In this document: piece after piece, positions 37,801 through 51,200 of the stretch
How positions within the stretch are numbered: the first letter of the stretch is position 1
How the letters are laid out: the number at the start of each line of letters is the position of its first letter
NCBI GenBank assembly: GCA_002633005.1
Contig: NMRA01000557.1
Span: forward strand, 143,679 to 207,678
From: Phoronis australis
Taxonomy: Eukaryota; Animalia; Phoronida
Length of the DNA: 64,000 bases
Direction: 5' to 3'
Program-made: the position numbers and the translations under genes
Notes under the pieces: model-generated
The model's input: the letters and a program-made list of their open reading frames with translations, nothing else
Told to the model about the DNA's origin: nothing
Database searches by the model: none

Positions 37801-40800
37801 GCTATTCAAAGTCATATTCCTGGGTTGTATAAGGTCTGTGTGTTATTAAATATGTGATCTGACATGAATTTGTAGGATGACACAGTGTTCACAGAAACAT
37901 CCCATAGCCAAATTATCATTTCCTAATATTGCAACATTGTGATGAATTTCGTATGATTTCTATTAGTTGAACTCAGTGAATCACTAAAACAATCTTAACA
38001 ACTGTTATTAAGATTGATTTCGTGAGTCACTTAGTTCAGATGCACCAAATTACTGTCCTGGTAATACATGTACCCACATCAAACAGTCCATTTCAAAATG
38101 GTATCAACAACCATGTTTTGTGCTGGACTTAAGAAAGCAAACCTAGTTTTGTACACAACTGGCAATGACCTTGATCACATTTGTTTAGGCCAAAACAGAA
38201 GCACCACCTTTATTTACGTACTATAGGCGCTAATTTTTAATTTCGTGACAATGACTATTGTGACGTAGATTTGCTACACAGTGAAAGCTTCGTTGAGCAA
38301 ACTGTTGCACACTGGTGTACATTTTACTTTCAGAAATTTCTTGAAACAGTATATGTTACCACTTGGAATGGGCAACTTAAAAACTCCATCAGTTAGTCCA
38401 TGTCTTCCAAATTTTGATCTCTGATTAGATCAGCACGTAGGTTCTCAAGCCCAGCACAGAAAATCACATAGTTATCCACTGATTCTGTGCTTTACACGGG
38501 AATACTCAAAATTTTGAAAACTTTTAAGTCTCCATATTGCTCAGTCCAAATGGATTCTTACTATGGAAATGCACCATGTTTTTGTCAGACCTTTTTACTA
38601 AGGTGTGACTTGCCATTGATGAAAGCTGGTATGTTTAACTTAACTCGTGTTGGAAACAGGAGTTCATCAATAGCAAAACCTCTATCTGCCATATTTTTGT
38701 CTTTGGGTAAAAGGTATTTCAGAAATCCAGATTTTTGAATAGTGTACTTGTCACTACCCCTGCGGGCCCCAAATGCTTTACATACGCACATGGTGTACCC
38801 ATTTTTGTTGCAATTGCAACCATATACTTTTCAGTATTGTGTGATTTGTACTGGCTTTAGGTTTCACCCCCTATCAATTATTTCAAATCAGCTGATCTGT
38901 TACCAAATATAAAACACCATCAGGCACACCAGCTCCGAAGCCTTGTTTTACAGACAGGCTGTACTGACTCCAGTGTTTAATCCAGAATGCCTGTAATGGC
39001 GTGACCTGGCTGTTTCCGTAATGGAATCTGTCTATGTAGTATGCAAGGACGAAACTAGCTACTTCTGACTTTGGGGTGTGAGGTGGGAGGGAGGGGGTGT
39101 CAGACATTGATTTCCTCGACATTTGCTGTGTCAAAAACTTTTGAAAGCTAATGCTAATAGGTGGAAGCAGACGAGCTTTACTTTAAAGACAAACCGCATA
39201 TGCATATTTTCAAAGAAAATTCCTTACTCTAGTGTTTCTCGTGTGACTAAATTTCGCGTATAAGTGCATGTTGATGTCCTTTGCAGGGCGCATGCCTTGC
39301 ATTCTCTCAAATTATGTTAAATCTAACCCATGCTAAACATTTGTATGCGATTTGGCTTGACAGCACGTTTCTGGATTACAATACAGATGCGACCTGGTGT
39401 TGAGAACATTAATTTATCTAGAAGGAATAACACGTATAACAATCCATTTCAATGACTAACCGTTGTAAAATTGTAAAGTTGTTTTTATACAGTTTCCCTG
39501 TGTAAATGAGCAAAACTAGGGCATGGAAAAGGAAATTTGAATACTAAAGTTTCGATTGACTTGTACTATTTAATTGAATTCTCCAGTAAAACGAAGAAAA
39601 TTTCCAGCATGTTTTACACTAAATATATCGACATGTAGTACACCTAAGCTCATTGTGTGAGTCAACATCATATTTGCACGTTTCTTCATTAGATTCTACG
39701 AGCCATAGTAGCTAAGAATATTGAAAAAATAAACGGGTGCGCCAATTTCCAGGGTGTTCCATTGAAACAGGAATCCCCATGTAAAACAAATATCCCGGAG
39801 TTGAAAACAGACTTCCGCATTTTAAAAATAACTAACCAGCCCGAAAAACACGAACTCTGAAATTTAAAACTTTTACCCCGCGGATGGGACAGGACATCCG
39901 GTTACCGAAACACTACTCCCGTGCTTTCTTTTAAAAATTGTTTGATGAAAAATAAATCTTCATACTTTAAATAGTTGTGACATGTTGTTTTATTATACCG
40001 GATTTTTTTTTTCAGAATTGGCGTTCATGCAAGTGGCGTCGCACAATGTTTCGTTTCTGCATTGATGTTTAATAGCCGCGTGCTTGAAGCAAATACCTGT
40101 TCAATAAACACATGACTGGCCGATTTTGCCGGTATGTTATTCACTACTGCATGAATAAATGACAGTATCGTAAACAAAAGTCATCGACAGTAGAAAGATG
40201 CATTCCGAAAAGGCGCAACCACAATTAGGATTCACATTTCCTGAACATGAATTTTAAGCATCGATTTGTCTGTACAACAGACCACATTTACACTTCAGTT
40301 CATCAGTCACGCCAGTTAGTGCGTAAAGCGCTGCCTGTTGAGAATTCGACTAGCCAATCAGAAACGCCGGTGTAAAAAAATTCTGGAGGAAATTCAAGTG
40401 ATACCTGCGTGCTGGCTACCGACTACCTAGCGACACGCAGGGAACCAGCGAGGTATTACAATTGACCTATCGTAAGCTCCGCCCCCTTGCGTAATGTCGA
40501 CGCTAGGACCTACTCTACGACCTAGCTAAAATCTAGTCAAGGTCACGTGGTCTCATTTAAAATACACGGCAATATCTCACGCAGTCTCGCGAAGTCTTGC
40601 TTTTTAGCGAGGTCCTAGCGTTACTGAACGGGAGGCCGGCAACGTCATGTTTGTAGGCCGGCTAAAAAAGCGGCCAGGAAACGAAGGTGTGTCTAGAATG
40701 CTGCTATCTTATTGGTCAGTTAAGTAGCCACTCAAAATCCTAGAGATAGGTCAATTTCACAAGCAGTCAATGTTTTGAAACATCACAACGAGAAGTAACG

Positions 40801-42451
40801 TTTCTAACAAATAGACTCTTGGGCACAGGGCTTCATGTCCTTCGAGTACAAAATTGCAAGTATGCTCGAAGCACGCAGTGCAATTCGTCACTTTCAATCA
40901 AGCCAAGTTCCGAATACAGATATTAATTACCGGGCTCCGAAGTCATCGCGACTCGATTGAAAGGTATTTTTTGATTGAGAAACCAGGTAATAGTTTCCAC
41001 GTCTGAATTGAAAATCACAATAACACAAACGGTTTGATTAACAGTCGGATGCCTAAAATCGAGTTTGACAGCTTCTAGGGAAAAATAAAGTCACGTTTTC
41101 TAAATGTTTGAATGAAACCTACTTTATTGCAATGTCAACCTTATCCGTATGCGTGTGACAAAGTGGTGAACTGCAAATGCCATGCCGGAACACGCACTGC
41201 TTCCATGTTGAAGATTGGGTGTGGGCAGTTTTCCAAGGAACTCCTTCCCGTAAACTCAACTTTAAATGCTTTAGCTGTTTATTCTAGATGCCAGTCAACT
41301 TGTACTTCCGTGTTCGACCCACAGTACTGCGAGTTCCCGCGTCGTTGGCCACATGCCCGCCAGGATGTCTCCATTGCCACGATGCAGAATCTAAATCACA
41401 AACAGTTGTTGCAGGTTTGTAAACTTCACCAAATGAAGGACCAACCTCATTGGCTATGATTATTACATAGCTTACGTCATTCGACAGACATTGACATACT
41501 GCCAACTAGTAACTGGCTTTGCGAATATCTGTAACGTCTTACTCTCAGTAGACTCTCTTGTTCAAAATTACGAAATTGGACAGTGGTGCAGTTGATTTGG
41601 TGTAAAATGTGTTTTTAAGAACTTTGAAACTACACATCATCTGTCTTCTATTTTTCTTTTATTTATTCAGTTCATACAAACTTTATTAATACAAGTCACA
41701 TGTATACATATAACAGCAGCACAAAACACTGTCAATCTTACGACAACTCCCCCCCCCCACACCCAACCCGTCTTTAGCACGTTGAGTGATGTCTGAAAAA
41801 AGTCATTTTTAGCCAGTTTTTCCAGGACACCTGAAATTCATTTTTCCTGAAATGCTTCGTTGGACGTAAAATTTTGTCTATAATATCTTTAAAAAATAAG
41901 TGCCATTTTGCATTACTTTTTACACTTAGGCACTAGCATATAATTATGAAATAAATTTATTTGTAATAAAATCCAGTTGAAAACTTTTGTTTTTTGTTTT
42001 AATTGTTAAACCGTGTGTATAACAACACCCAATTGCACAATTTTATTAATATTTTCTATTTTCACATTAAAATATGACTTGTTGAACTTTTTGACTGAGA
42101 ATAAGTACACATATCTGAATTTATCAATTCTATTGTGACCTAAGACGGTGGTTACATCTGACACCACTGCATATCGCTTCACTTCACAGGCTAACCACGC
42201 ATTTTTAGCCTGCACGTATTGGAAATAATCAAAAAGTCATTGCCCTATTTCATGAATGTAATTTTCATGTTTCAGAAAACCCGCGGTGGCGTCGCTCACA
42301 CTACGAATATGACACGTCAGACGATGACGACTTCTTCGAATACTCGTACTTTGACGACTACCCGAACTCTTACGAAACGTACTCTGACGAATACCGTGAC
42401 CCGTACTTTTACGAATACCCATACATGTACTCTTACGTAGACTCGGACTAA
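28764..42451 (+). CDS. Tandem-BTB, BACK, degenerate kelch protein (kelch-like family), 7 coding exons, about 767 aa
   Basis: Exons 28764-28880, 33591-33675, 33968-34305, 35193-35277, 36158-37533, 41288-41414, 42276-42451 join in phase (2304 nt). BTB motifs AHWCVL/FVLEYMYTG and VHRCVL/LVMEFIYTG; BACK INAENCL...ITRWV; kelch-like W motifs; AATAAA at 42871 and 42940. Confidence 0.85.
29473..32530 (+). mobile_element. Decayed 5'-truncated non-LTR retrotransposon, I-group (APE end, RT, RNase H, Zn knuckle)
   Basis: GSDHLPV, YRPISLLS, QSGFR, QADDL (YADD-like), TYLGV, WIPSHCGI.GNE, RLRTGH, CSCG; frameshifts and stops; (GAA)n tail at 32517-32530; lies in the BTB gene intron. Confidence 0.93.
32641..33135. 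mobile_element. Single diverged arm of the 23089-24015 MITE family, interrupted by a nested MITE
   Basis: Matches 23761-24015 on both sides of the insert at 32690-32937. Confidence 0.75.
32690..32937. mobile_element. MITE of about 250 bp (ATGCGCG...CGCGCAT termini), copy 1
   Basis: Terminal inverted repeats; internal similarity to 34331-34583. Confidence 0.7.
33591..33675 (+). CDS. BTB-kelch gene exon 2 (ILKAHWCVLLLCPFFEAMNRSEMREVAS)
   Basis: BTB AH..VL...FF.AM...MRE motif; GTAAGT donor. Confidence 0.9.
33968..34305 (+). CDS. BTB-kelch gene exon 3 (end of BTB1, start of BTB2)
   Basis: FVLEYMYTG, LADFLLL, then ALWEQC...CCDVII; GTAAGC donor. Confidence 0.9.
34331..34583. mobile_element. MITE of about 250 bp, copy 2
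   Basis: ATGTGCGCACC...GGTGCGCGCAT; shares CCCCCATTTGGCGAAGTG and AAAAGGTCCAC with copy 1. Confidence 0.7.
35193..35277 (+). CDS. BTB-kelch gene exon 4 (KFSVHRCVLAVWPSFEAMYNSDNKCSDA)
   Basis: BTB F.VHR.VLA motif; same 85-nt length and phases as exon 2. Confidence 0.88.
36158..37533 (+). CDS. BTB-kelch gene exon 5 (BTB2 end, BACK, kelch-like repeats)
   Basis: Within the 471-aa ORF 36148..37563; tag acceptor, GTACGT donor. Confidence 0.93.
38490..38855 (-). mobile_element. Decayed DDE transposase fragment, PIF/Harbinger superfamily (ISL2EU-like)
   Basis: SQYKSHNT, AFG.R.SD..., SGFL..L...D..MADRGFAI, LNIPAF..GKSHLS, AIWRLK.F motifs with frameshifts. Confidence 0.8.
40501..40620. mobile_element. 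Short MITE-like palindrome
   Basis: CGCTAGGACCT...AGGTCCTAGCG; related half copy at about 18456-18530. Confidence 0.55.
41288..41414 (+). CDS. BTB-kelch gene exon 6 (MPVNLYFRVRPTVLRVPASLATCPPGCLHCHD...)
   Basis: Completes the kelch-like W....MP motif across the intron; phase 0/1 bridges exons 5 and 7. Confidence 0.72.
42276..42451 (+). CDS. BTB-kelch gene terminal exon (Tyr/Asp/Glu-rich tail)
   Basis: tttcag acceptor, phase 1, ENPRWRRSHYEYDTSDDDDFFEYSYFDDYP...YVDSD*. Confidence 0.72.
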
Positions 42452-43439
42452 ATCAGTGGCGGAAAACATTCGCGCTTCACTGCGAGAGGTTTGAATCATT
42501 ACAAAACAAAGCAGCTGATGGCTTTCTGGCCAAGATTTTGTACCACTCACTTCAAAGGACACATGTGCACAAGGAAAGAACATCTATTTGGTTATCGTTG
42601 TGCTAACGAGTTTGTTGCAAAAAGTGAAGGACTGTTACACCAATGTTCGCTTCAAGATTATGTAGGACAAACTACAAATTTGGCCAACTTTAAATTAAAT
42701 ATCATATCCCAGAAATGGCAAATCGAAAACCTTCAGATACTACACTTTACACGCGGTTCTTTAAAAAACTTTTAGGACATGTTCTTAAAATTTACTGCTT
42801 TTGTGTAAGGTGCTACAAAAACGAAATAATAATTTTGAAAACTGTGCAGTGATTTTGAACATTTATTTGGAATAAAATTTGACAGTTTCATTGATATCGT
42901 TGTCGTACTGTCAAGGTACCTTTCTTTTTAAAAAATTTCAATAAAAATACATGTTCTCGTGACCCAGTTAATGGCATTGTTACGAATTTCATGATTGTAC
43001 TAATACTCAAAACAGACTACAGTACGACACCTTTTACTAGTTACTGTACAGCATGGCATCTCCATTACATCTTAACGAGCACCTGTACCACAGGCCCATT
43101 CGAGTTCACTGACTGTGAAAGTCTGTTATATGGGGCGTTAAAAATGTTCTACCAATAGGCCTAACTGTCGTCTGCTCACATAGGTGTCAACAATGATGAA
43201 GTGACCAATCGACACGCCCCTGGTGGGCTTGCCATATATAATTCGGTCGCGTACATTCACCCCGAAATTAATATCTGTTTATTTCCACACTAACAACTAC
43301 AAAATTTATGCTAGACACAATAAGAAATAGAACATCTTAGTCTTGACAGCAATACAGTTGAACTGCTCGGGGAAGAGCAAGAAACAACAGACAGAAACAC
43401 CCAGTCACACGGCAGGACCAAAAAACAGCAGAAAAAACG

Positions 43440-43800
43440 CGACCAAATCAAATCAATGACCTACGTCTCGTTCTTGGCAGAGTGTAATCGTTTCGTCTGC
43501 TCTTCAGTGAATGACAGATTCAACCTATTTTTGGGAGAGTGTGAGAAGGCCACGAATATGCTTTTTTCAGTAAATGCAGTTTGAAAAAAACAAACTGTTT
43601 ACTATGGAATTAACTTGTAGTATATTGTAAACGAGTATATGATAGGAAGCAAATAAATGAAATGTGAAATTATGTGTATACACGTTCACGTACTCTCTCC
43701 CGATGTTTAGTAGAACAGGGTCATCAGTAGTCTCAAGCTAGCTTATGGAGACTATCGTCAAAATACAGCTAGGCTGTGTATGGAGCTCCGTTAGACCCAG
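43440..43800. repeat. Dispersed repeat; inverted copy of about 27790-28095, related to about 26430-26730
   Basis: Shared blocks GGCAGAGTGTAATCGT.TCGTCTGCTCTTCAGTGAA and TTTAGTAGAACAGGGTCAT; TGGAGACTATCGTC shared with 26672. Confidence 0.7.
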
Positions 43801-45140
43801 AAATTTTACAAAGGCAGCCCAGGTAATTCTGCACGTCACATCGCTGTGAAACTTATATCGACATGCAAAACTAACAACCGGAGCGCGTTGCAAGCAAAAT
43901 CTGGAAATCAACTGACACTCACCATGCCCGTTGCAGCCATCAGGATTAAAAAAAAAAAAATTTAATAAGTGCCATTTTGTTGCATTATTCTCCGCTCTTT
44001 GCAACACAGACAAATCTTTTGTCGTTTAAAACAGTACGCGCCCACCATTTCCTATAATGTTGCTGCTCATTGGTCGCGGCAGCAAAATTAGTTCTGAAAT
44101 TCGGTTTGCTGGTATTTCAAAAAATACAACGAAATGAAACCAGTTCCGCTAATTTGTTGTCACATGTATGCAACCTAGTGGAAAAAGACACTAGATTGAA
44201 GGACCGGAATAAAGAAATTGACAAGAGACGCAATATTTTATGGCGTCGAAAGCCAACACAAAAGATCGCAGCCGAAGGACTAATGATAGAACGCCAATTT
44301 TCCATCATCCTTAAATAATTTTGTTTACTCCAGAAAGAGTATAGATTTTACTGGCACTAATTTTGTGTGAGATTTTGTTTGGTCAGTTTTTTACCCACGT
44401 CGGCGGAAAGCTGTATATTTAAAACACAGCACTGCACTAAAGCTAACTATTTGCGTGACAATGATACGCACTTACAATCCGCCACTTAATGTTCTTACGC
44501 CACTTTCTGTCGAGGGGCTTGTGGGTCGTGGGGGTTGTGGGTCGAGAGAATCGTGGGCCGGGTCATTTTGCACCCCTACTCGGTACTAACCGTTTCCGCC
44601 ACCCCTTTTCGGTCATAACCTATTTTACAGCTTAATGCAATTGTGTGGAATGCAGGCCTAGTTTGCGAAAAGCGCTAACGCAGTGGAGGTTATTTCAGAA
44701 CCATTTATGAACTTTTCAAAGATCTGCGCTCACGAACGTCTTTCTCTATACTGATTATATGATTTGTTCCAAAGCCGTCTTGATTCGTAATACCCAATGA
44801 TTTTTTAACTCGTGCTCATAAAAATAAGTAGAGTAATTTCAATCAATGCATTTCTAACCCACTGCAAAGCTACGATTTATTTTATAATTAATAAGTAGTG
44901 TTAATTTAAAAAATTCACTGTGGACCTGTTCTACAATATTTTTCATGCCAACACTCAAAACTACCCAGCAGAAACAATTAGATTCGGTTTTCAACTATCT
45001 GCTGACTCCCAATGTTCACGAGTTCATTAGTAATGATTATAATTATGATGACAACAACAACAACAACCACAATAACAAATATATAGACGCTGATGTTGGC
45101 CAACAGTGAATCACATGAACAAACACAGAAAAATTAAGAA

Positions 45141-45210
45141 CCTCAACTGGGAACCGATCCACAGGTCTCTATATTGCCGATCTAATGCTTTTTCTACTGA
45201 GCTACTGAGG
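45141..45210 (-). repeat. tRNA-derived SINE head or tRNA pseudogene
   Basis: Minus strand CCTCAG-TAGCTCAGTAG (A box)...GGATCGGTTCCC (degenerate B box)...TTGAGG; imperfect stems. Confidence 0.5.
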
Positions 45211-48200
45211 ACATGTCATCTGTGCAATAACAACAGTAACAATAATCATAATCTAATAATGATTTAAAACAGTTGTTATCATGAAAACAGTGCTGTATTT
45301 TTGTTCTGTCATTTAGGATTTGTTGTTACATTTGTCACGTATTGGTTGTACTCAATTTCCGTGACAAAACGATTAGGCGACAACGTCGTGTAGTTACATG
45401 TATGTACTGTATTGACCTATTCAGCTCAGTTTGTCTGACTGACTGACTGATTACATGTATATTAGGCTATGTACGTAATACACGATAACAAGCCACAGTA
45501 AAGATGGGGCGTGATAACAAATATATAATGAAAATAAAATGGTAATACATGCTCCTAAGAAGAATATAATGACGTTCAACCAGGATCACAGAAAGTGGTC
45601 ACAAAATTAATAACAATGATACGAAATAAAGGACGTGGACACAAACAAAAACACACAGAACAGTGATAATAAAGTGGAAAATAATTATGTACAAGTATGA
45701 ACAGAAAACAAATGATAATAAAGAAATAACAATAAATACGCAAATAAAGAATAAACAAACAAATAAAAACATAAATAGAGATAACAGTAGTGAAGGGTAC
45801 TTAATAAATACATTGGTAAGAAAGACTATAACAATACGGATCGTAGCAAGAACAAACGCCGTTTGACCAGAAATAAAACGGGGTTTTAAAAAGTTCACCG
45901 GCAATATTAGTGGATATATTTCAAAGGGTGGTGACAGTGTATTTAAAAGATGTTTGCTTATAAATTTTACACGACGAATTACAAGAAGACTTGAGCTTCT
46001 GCCAGTTCAATGAGAGTGTGTACATGTACATGTATCTCTGTTGTACCGAAAATTTTCTAATAAATTATGGCCATGAATAATATTGAACATTTGAGTGAGT
46101 TTGAAGTGTTACGCACGCCGATCATATGTAAGAAGTCCAACCTCTTGTTAACCGGGTCCGCCTACCTGAGTGCAGAACCCTGGCCGATGTCAAGAACGAA
46201 TGTTTTGAGCTATACGTAATCTTTTTTGGACGCAGTACTTTATGCCTAATACACAGGAACCAATATTGGTTTCTTAGCTGATGGTGAATACTGCAAATTC
46301 CCATGTGACTCAGTGAGGTCCGCATAATGAGCAGACAGTGTTCACCTCCAAGCACAATTTTGAGGTTACCAGGGGCGGATCCAGGATTTTGAATTGGTGG
46401 GGCAAGGCAGATCATTACGGCGTTTAGCCGTTGCTCCCAACTTGTTCGATCTATAGCCCAACAACAAGTTGGAAAGTTTACCCCTGTAGCCAATATCTTA
46501 CACGACTGATTAACTCCATTCTGGCATTCATGGATGGAGGGCCAGCTCACTCTTTTGTTCGATAATTGCTCTTATCTTCAATAAGATCGCATCTAGCCTG
46601 ACTGGGCTCTGCTGTTAAAAATAAAAGTTTAGTTATAACACATTCGAACATAAACCAATAGCATTTCTGAAATCCTCGTCAAATGGTGATCATGTTTAGT
46701 TTTTGAATCGCCAAAATCGCCCAACTGGAACCGAAGCTACGATAATCTATTCTTTCCGAATGTACCAATTCACTCTGGGTTAGACGGTGTTCACACGTGG
46801 TCTGTAATAGGCCTGGTAGATAATTGGCGTTCCTGTTGTCATAACAGACAAAAGACTGTGCTAAGCAGTTAACAAAGAAGCTAGATGTTATCACGCGCTC
46901 AGAACCCCTTCGTCTGGTAAAGTCACTGAACGGGAAAACGCTGTCATGGTTGAGGGATTCGTGGGGTGTGAGGGTCAAAGGGTGGGGGGCTTAGATCGAA
47001 CAATCCGGCTGAGACTCGGGTTTGATCATAAGTTGTGCCGAAGAGCCGCAACACTCAGTGCAACAACGAGCCGTCCAGGAGAGCCGCATGTGTCAAAAAT
47101 CTGCCTGCTGATTGGCGTTGATCTGTTACATTCTGCTTGATTGGTCGGCATTGCAATTATTTTGCATATCTGTAAGGCTGCTTTTTAACATGACCTAGCT
47201 TACTCTAGCACCAGTGCTGTACCCGTAGTTAGAGGATAAGCATATACTGTATGGCAAGAGGTACCCGTATGTATCGGCCTAGGTAAACGTCCGAAGCCCA
47301 GTGCATCTTCTCGAGGACAGAATTTTGAACGTAACTCGCACAATGTGGAATTCACGTCTATTATCTTGAGACACCACTGATTGCCTTCAACCCTCCTTTA
47401 ACCCCTTTCTTCTATGTCTAGCAGTTCTCCGCGCATTTCTGTTCCTCGTTCACACGACCCTTTTTCTGTTATTGGTAGTCTGTGCTTCCTTTTAATTTCA
47501 TCGGTTCTGCATCTAAGCGCGTTCTATGTTATCCGTTTCTTTTGAAAGTCATGGTTTGTATTGTGTCATAGAGCACCTTGCGTACATCTTCGAAGTATGT
47601 TTTTATTTCGTAACGTAAATATCTATTTTTAACTACCACGTCTGATAAATACATTTACCAAATTAACTTTCTGCCTCCTTAATTTTACCACGAACTAGCT
47701 TCGAAATCACACCATACATGTATACATATATGTGCAAAAAATTACAAAAATGCACTTCTAGATACAGTGTATTCCTCATCAAGCTTTTACACTAATCATA
47801 AAACACTGTCAAAAAGAGTCTAAAAAGTTAATAAAACCACTTAACGTACATGTGCCACTTCCAAGTGTATAATAGCGTTCCTTGCCCTAGAGCATGCGCG
47901 AATGTTTTTGGAAGCACATGTTTGAATAAATTATAAAAGGCGGATTTACAGTGTACTCGGATGTGCTAAGCATAAAATGTTTAGTTTTACCAGGTATTGT
48001 TTCTTAGAAACAGAACACACAAAACGCATTTTGTTACTGGTTGTAAACCACTGCAAACTGCTTTTATCGATGTATTTAGCGTTCAAGTTAGTATACAGTG
48101 TTCAAACCTAGACTACTTACACATTTCTTTACAGAGGACTGGAAGTTCGTGTGAGGCTTGTGTTCGGATCAGACGATCGTTTGCCACGAGTGACTAGAAG

Positions 48201-51200
48201 TAGACACTCTGTTCTGGAAACCCTTTCGTTGCAGTGTACTCACGAGCCGCGACTACAACCAACGACTTTTCAACTGAATTTTGGGTTTTCGTGCTTTCAA
48301 TATCTTAACAATAGAGGAATGTTGTGGGCTTTTGAGTTCACGTGACTTTTTTATTTCCAAGCGACGCAAGGATACTCACTTAATAAACTATCTCCAGTTG
48401 CTTCTATCAGAAATTAAGACCATGCCGAAGATATTGATACGCCATTTTCTTTTCTAAGGCCTAAGCCAGTGCGATGCTTGATTCACAGACTCAATTTTCA
48501 ATTCATACATGCCCGCCATGGACACATTTCAATTCATTCTAGCTCAGACCGTTGTGGCATGCATGTCGCTTGCAAAAGAATACTAGTGTCAGCTTCTAAA
48601 TCAACTCATAGGCAGAAGCATTTGAGGGTGCTGGGCTTTTTGACCTCGGCATTGTTTTAAAAAAACCAATAAAGACAAGAAACGCGTTCAATGTCGTTTC
48701 ATTGCAACGGCGTATATGTACAATCCGTCTCAATCGGAAAAGTAAGTCCTCAGAAGCCTTCCCGTTAGCAACATCTACATGTATAGATTCCACGCCGTCT
48801 CGGTTAAACAACTCCATCTCTTTGGTGGACAGTCTTCGAGTGTGCATATTGTGTACCATGACGTCGTCTGTGCCCACCATACACTGGCTTAACCGTAAAG
48901 AACCAAGCCGAAATCTTCGGCCTACAGGGTCCTGTTTTTTGCGATCCCAATTTAGCGTTGCTGTCAACGTTTGCCAGCTTTTATGCCAATAGTAATAGAG
49001 AAAACAAAAGGTAAATTGTAGTGTATTGTGTCTTCATGTACTCGCGTCTACACCCCAATATACCGAGATTTACGGTGCATGTACGTATAGACGTTGCAAT
49101 AAAAATTGAAAAGCTGAAGTATGACTGTTTACGTGAGTCTACGCTTCACTACAACACTACCTAACAGTTGCTTTGACGAAAGCATGTAGTCCAGGTCATC
49201 AACAACAAATGTTTCGCACTAAATGTGTAGACATTGTTTATATTTTGGTAGAAAACGAATCTAGAGGAATTCGTTGTCCAGTTATTAATGGTCAAGGTAT
49301 TTAAAGTCCTCCGCCTTAAAAGAGACAACTGACTGAAACTCATGTCGGGGTATAGGCTTTTCGTCCACACTGTCGAAACTATTTAGGTAGCCAGCACATG
49401 ACCACGCTGCAGAAAATAGTTTCTTGTTGAGTGTGTATTAGATTTTCCAGTAGAGGCTGGAACACTCTTGTGCTGGAATTCCACTACCATTTTTATCTCA
49501 ATGATCACTGTGCTACGTTTGTTGTGATTCACACCATAACAAACAACAAAATACGTAGGCTTAGATGCGCTCCAGCTTGTACAAACTCCACTAAATGAAC
49601 GATGGACCCATAATTTCAAAGATGAACTCAGTCAACAACTTCGATTAGGAGAATCCATTGAATTTGAAAACTCCGACTCAGTGCAGGTAGCCACACAGAT
49701 TTCCTTGATCTCGCGCACCTCTAAACTTTATCCAGTTTTCAGTTGTGAAAGGAGAGACTGCATCATGCGGATCGTGGACTTCATCTCAGCGTGGGTTTGG
49801 TTAGCTTGTCCTGCATATCCTGGCTTAACCGACACATCACGTCTACCTATATTTTGTGTTATCGTGGGGTGTATTTGCCTTTATTGTAAATAAATATCTT
49901 CCAAAATTCGTTTGTCAAGCATCAATATTGATACATAAATATTAAAGTTGTAATTGGTACTGAATTAAATGCGAGACTTCCTGTAATACTGTCCGAAAAC
50001 ACACGACTCGCAAACGATAACATTTATCGTAATCTATTTTGCCTGGGGTACGCCACGAGCTCATTGTATGTTGCAAGAGTAAGACAAGATGAGAAGATGA
50101 GAGAACGAACGTAGGTAGTGTCGGACGACGAGGTAGGTGGCTAAATGAGCTCGACCACGTTGAACTGAACAAAGGAAATATGGGCGACCAGTCAGGTGTC
50201 GTGTAGCGAAATGTATGAATACAAAAGTAGACCATTGAGGCTATAAATAGAGGTGAGTAATGAAAAATAAATCCTAAGGGTTGATATCAAAATAAAGTGA
50301 CAAATGTCAAAATAATGCCGATAACTGCATTTAACAAGTTACATTTACTTCAGCTTCTACCGACGTAACTGACTGTTCCCGAGGCGGAATATTTTGAGGA
50401 CACGCTCACGTAATCTTTGTGACGATGACTCCTGTTTGGCACACACTGTGACGGTGCTTTCCACTGGACTGAGGTGAAACTTCGATCATAGCAAAATTTC
50501 GGTAAGTGGGAAAAATTAACTCCGGTACTTGACCTTCAAGCAACAATTCACTGAAAATAGCAGGATTTAAGAGAGAAGGTTTGGTAATCACCGTAACTGC
50601 GGTGTAGTGCCGGGTAAAAACTCGAGCGAAACTTCGGACACGTATGGGCAGAGGTAACGGCAACGATATTGGATTACATGTACGCATATTAGACAGATAT
50701 AGGATTACATGTACGCATGTTAGACAGATATCCCGCATGAAAAGAGTTCAACGTTGCCACCCTAACGAGTCGAGATTGGGCAACTCTGCCGGTTTGCTTA
50801 CCACAGAACCTACCGATTAAAGACACCATTCTGTTGTGGTTAATTAAATCGCATCCAGCTGCTGATGTTATCGTTCTTTAGATAATGAGACAGTCATAAA
50901 CAAATTTGAGGCGGCATTACTACTTTTAAATTTTTGTTTTGAAAGCTTTTAAATAGCATACTTGAATAGTTCGCGAAAAGCACACGTGACTAGGTTTTTA
51001 ACTTTTGAAAAATTGGACCGGAAATAGGAATTTTACAACCTACAACGGGCGTAATATTTGTTCCTCATTAGTTCTGCTGGATGTGCAGCATAAATGAGCC
51101 AATTACATAATCAAAAGGCAGCCATTGAATTTTAAGGTAAGCCAAGTGCCCTTGCACAATTCTTGGCATGTAGCAAAACGTGCTTTTTGTTATTGAAAAA

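Noticed and set aside
42219-42440. Thr-rich ORF from the track
   Set aside because: Alternative frame of the Tyr/Asp-rich terminal exon
48860-48935. Minus-strand GPCRPKISAWFF...YGG resembling a Kunitz domain
   Set aside because: Only one of six cysteines, wrong spacing and no clear exon; probably chance
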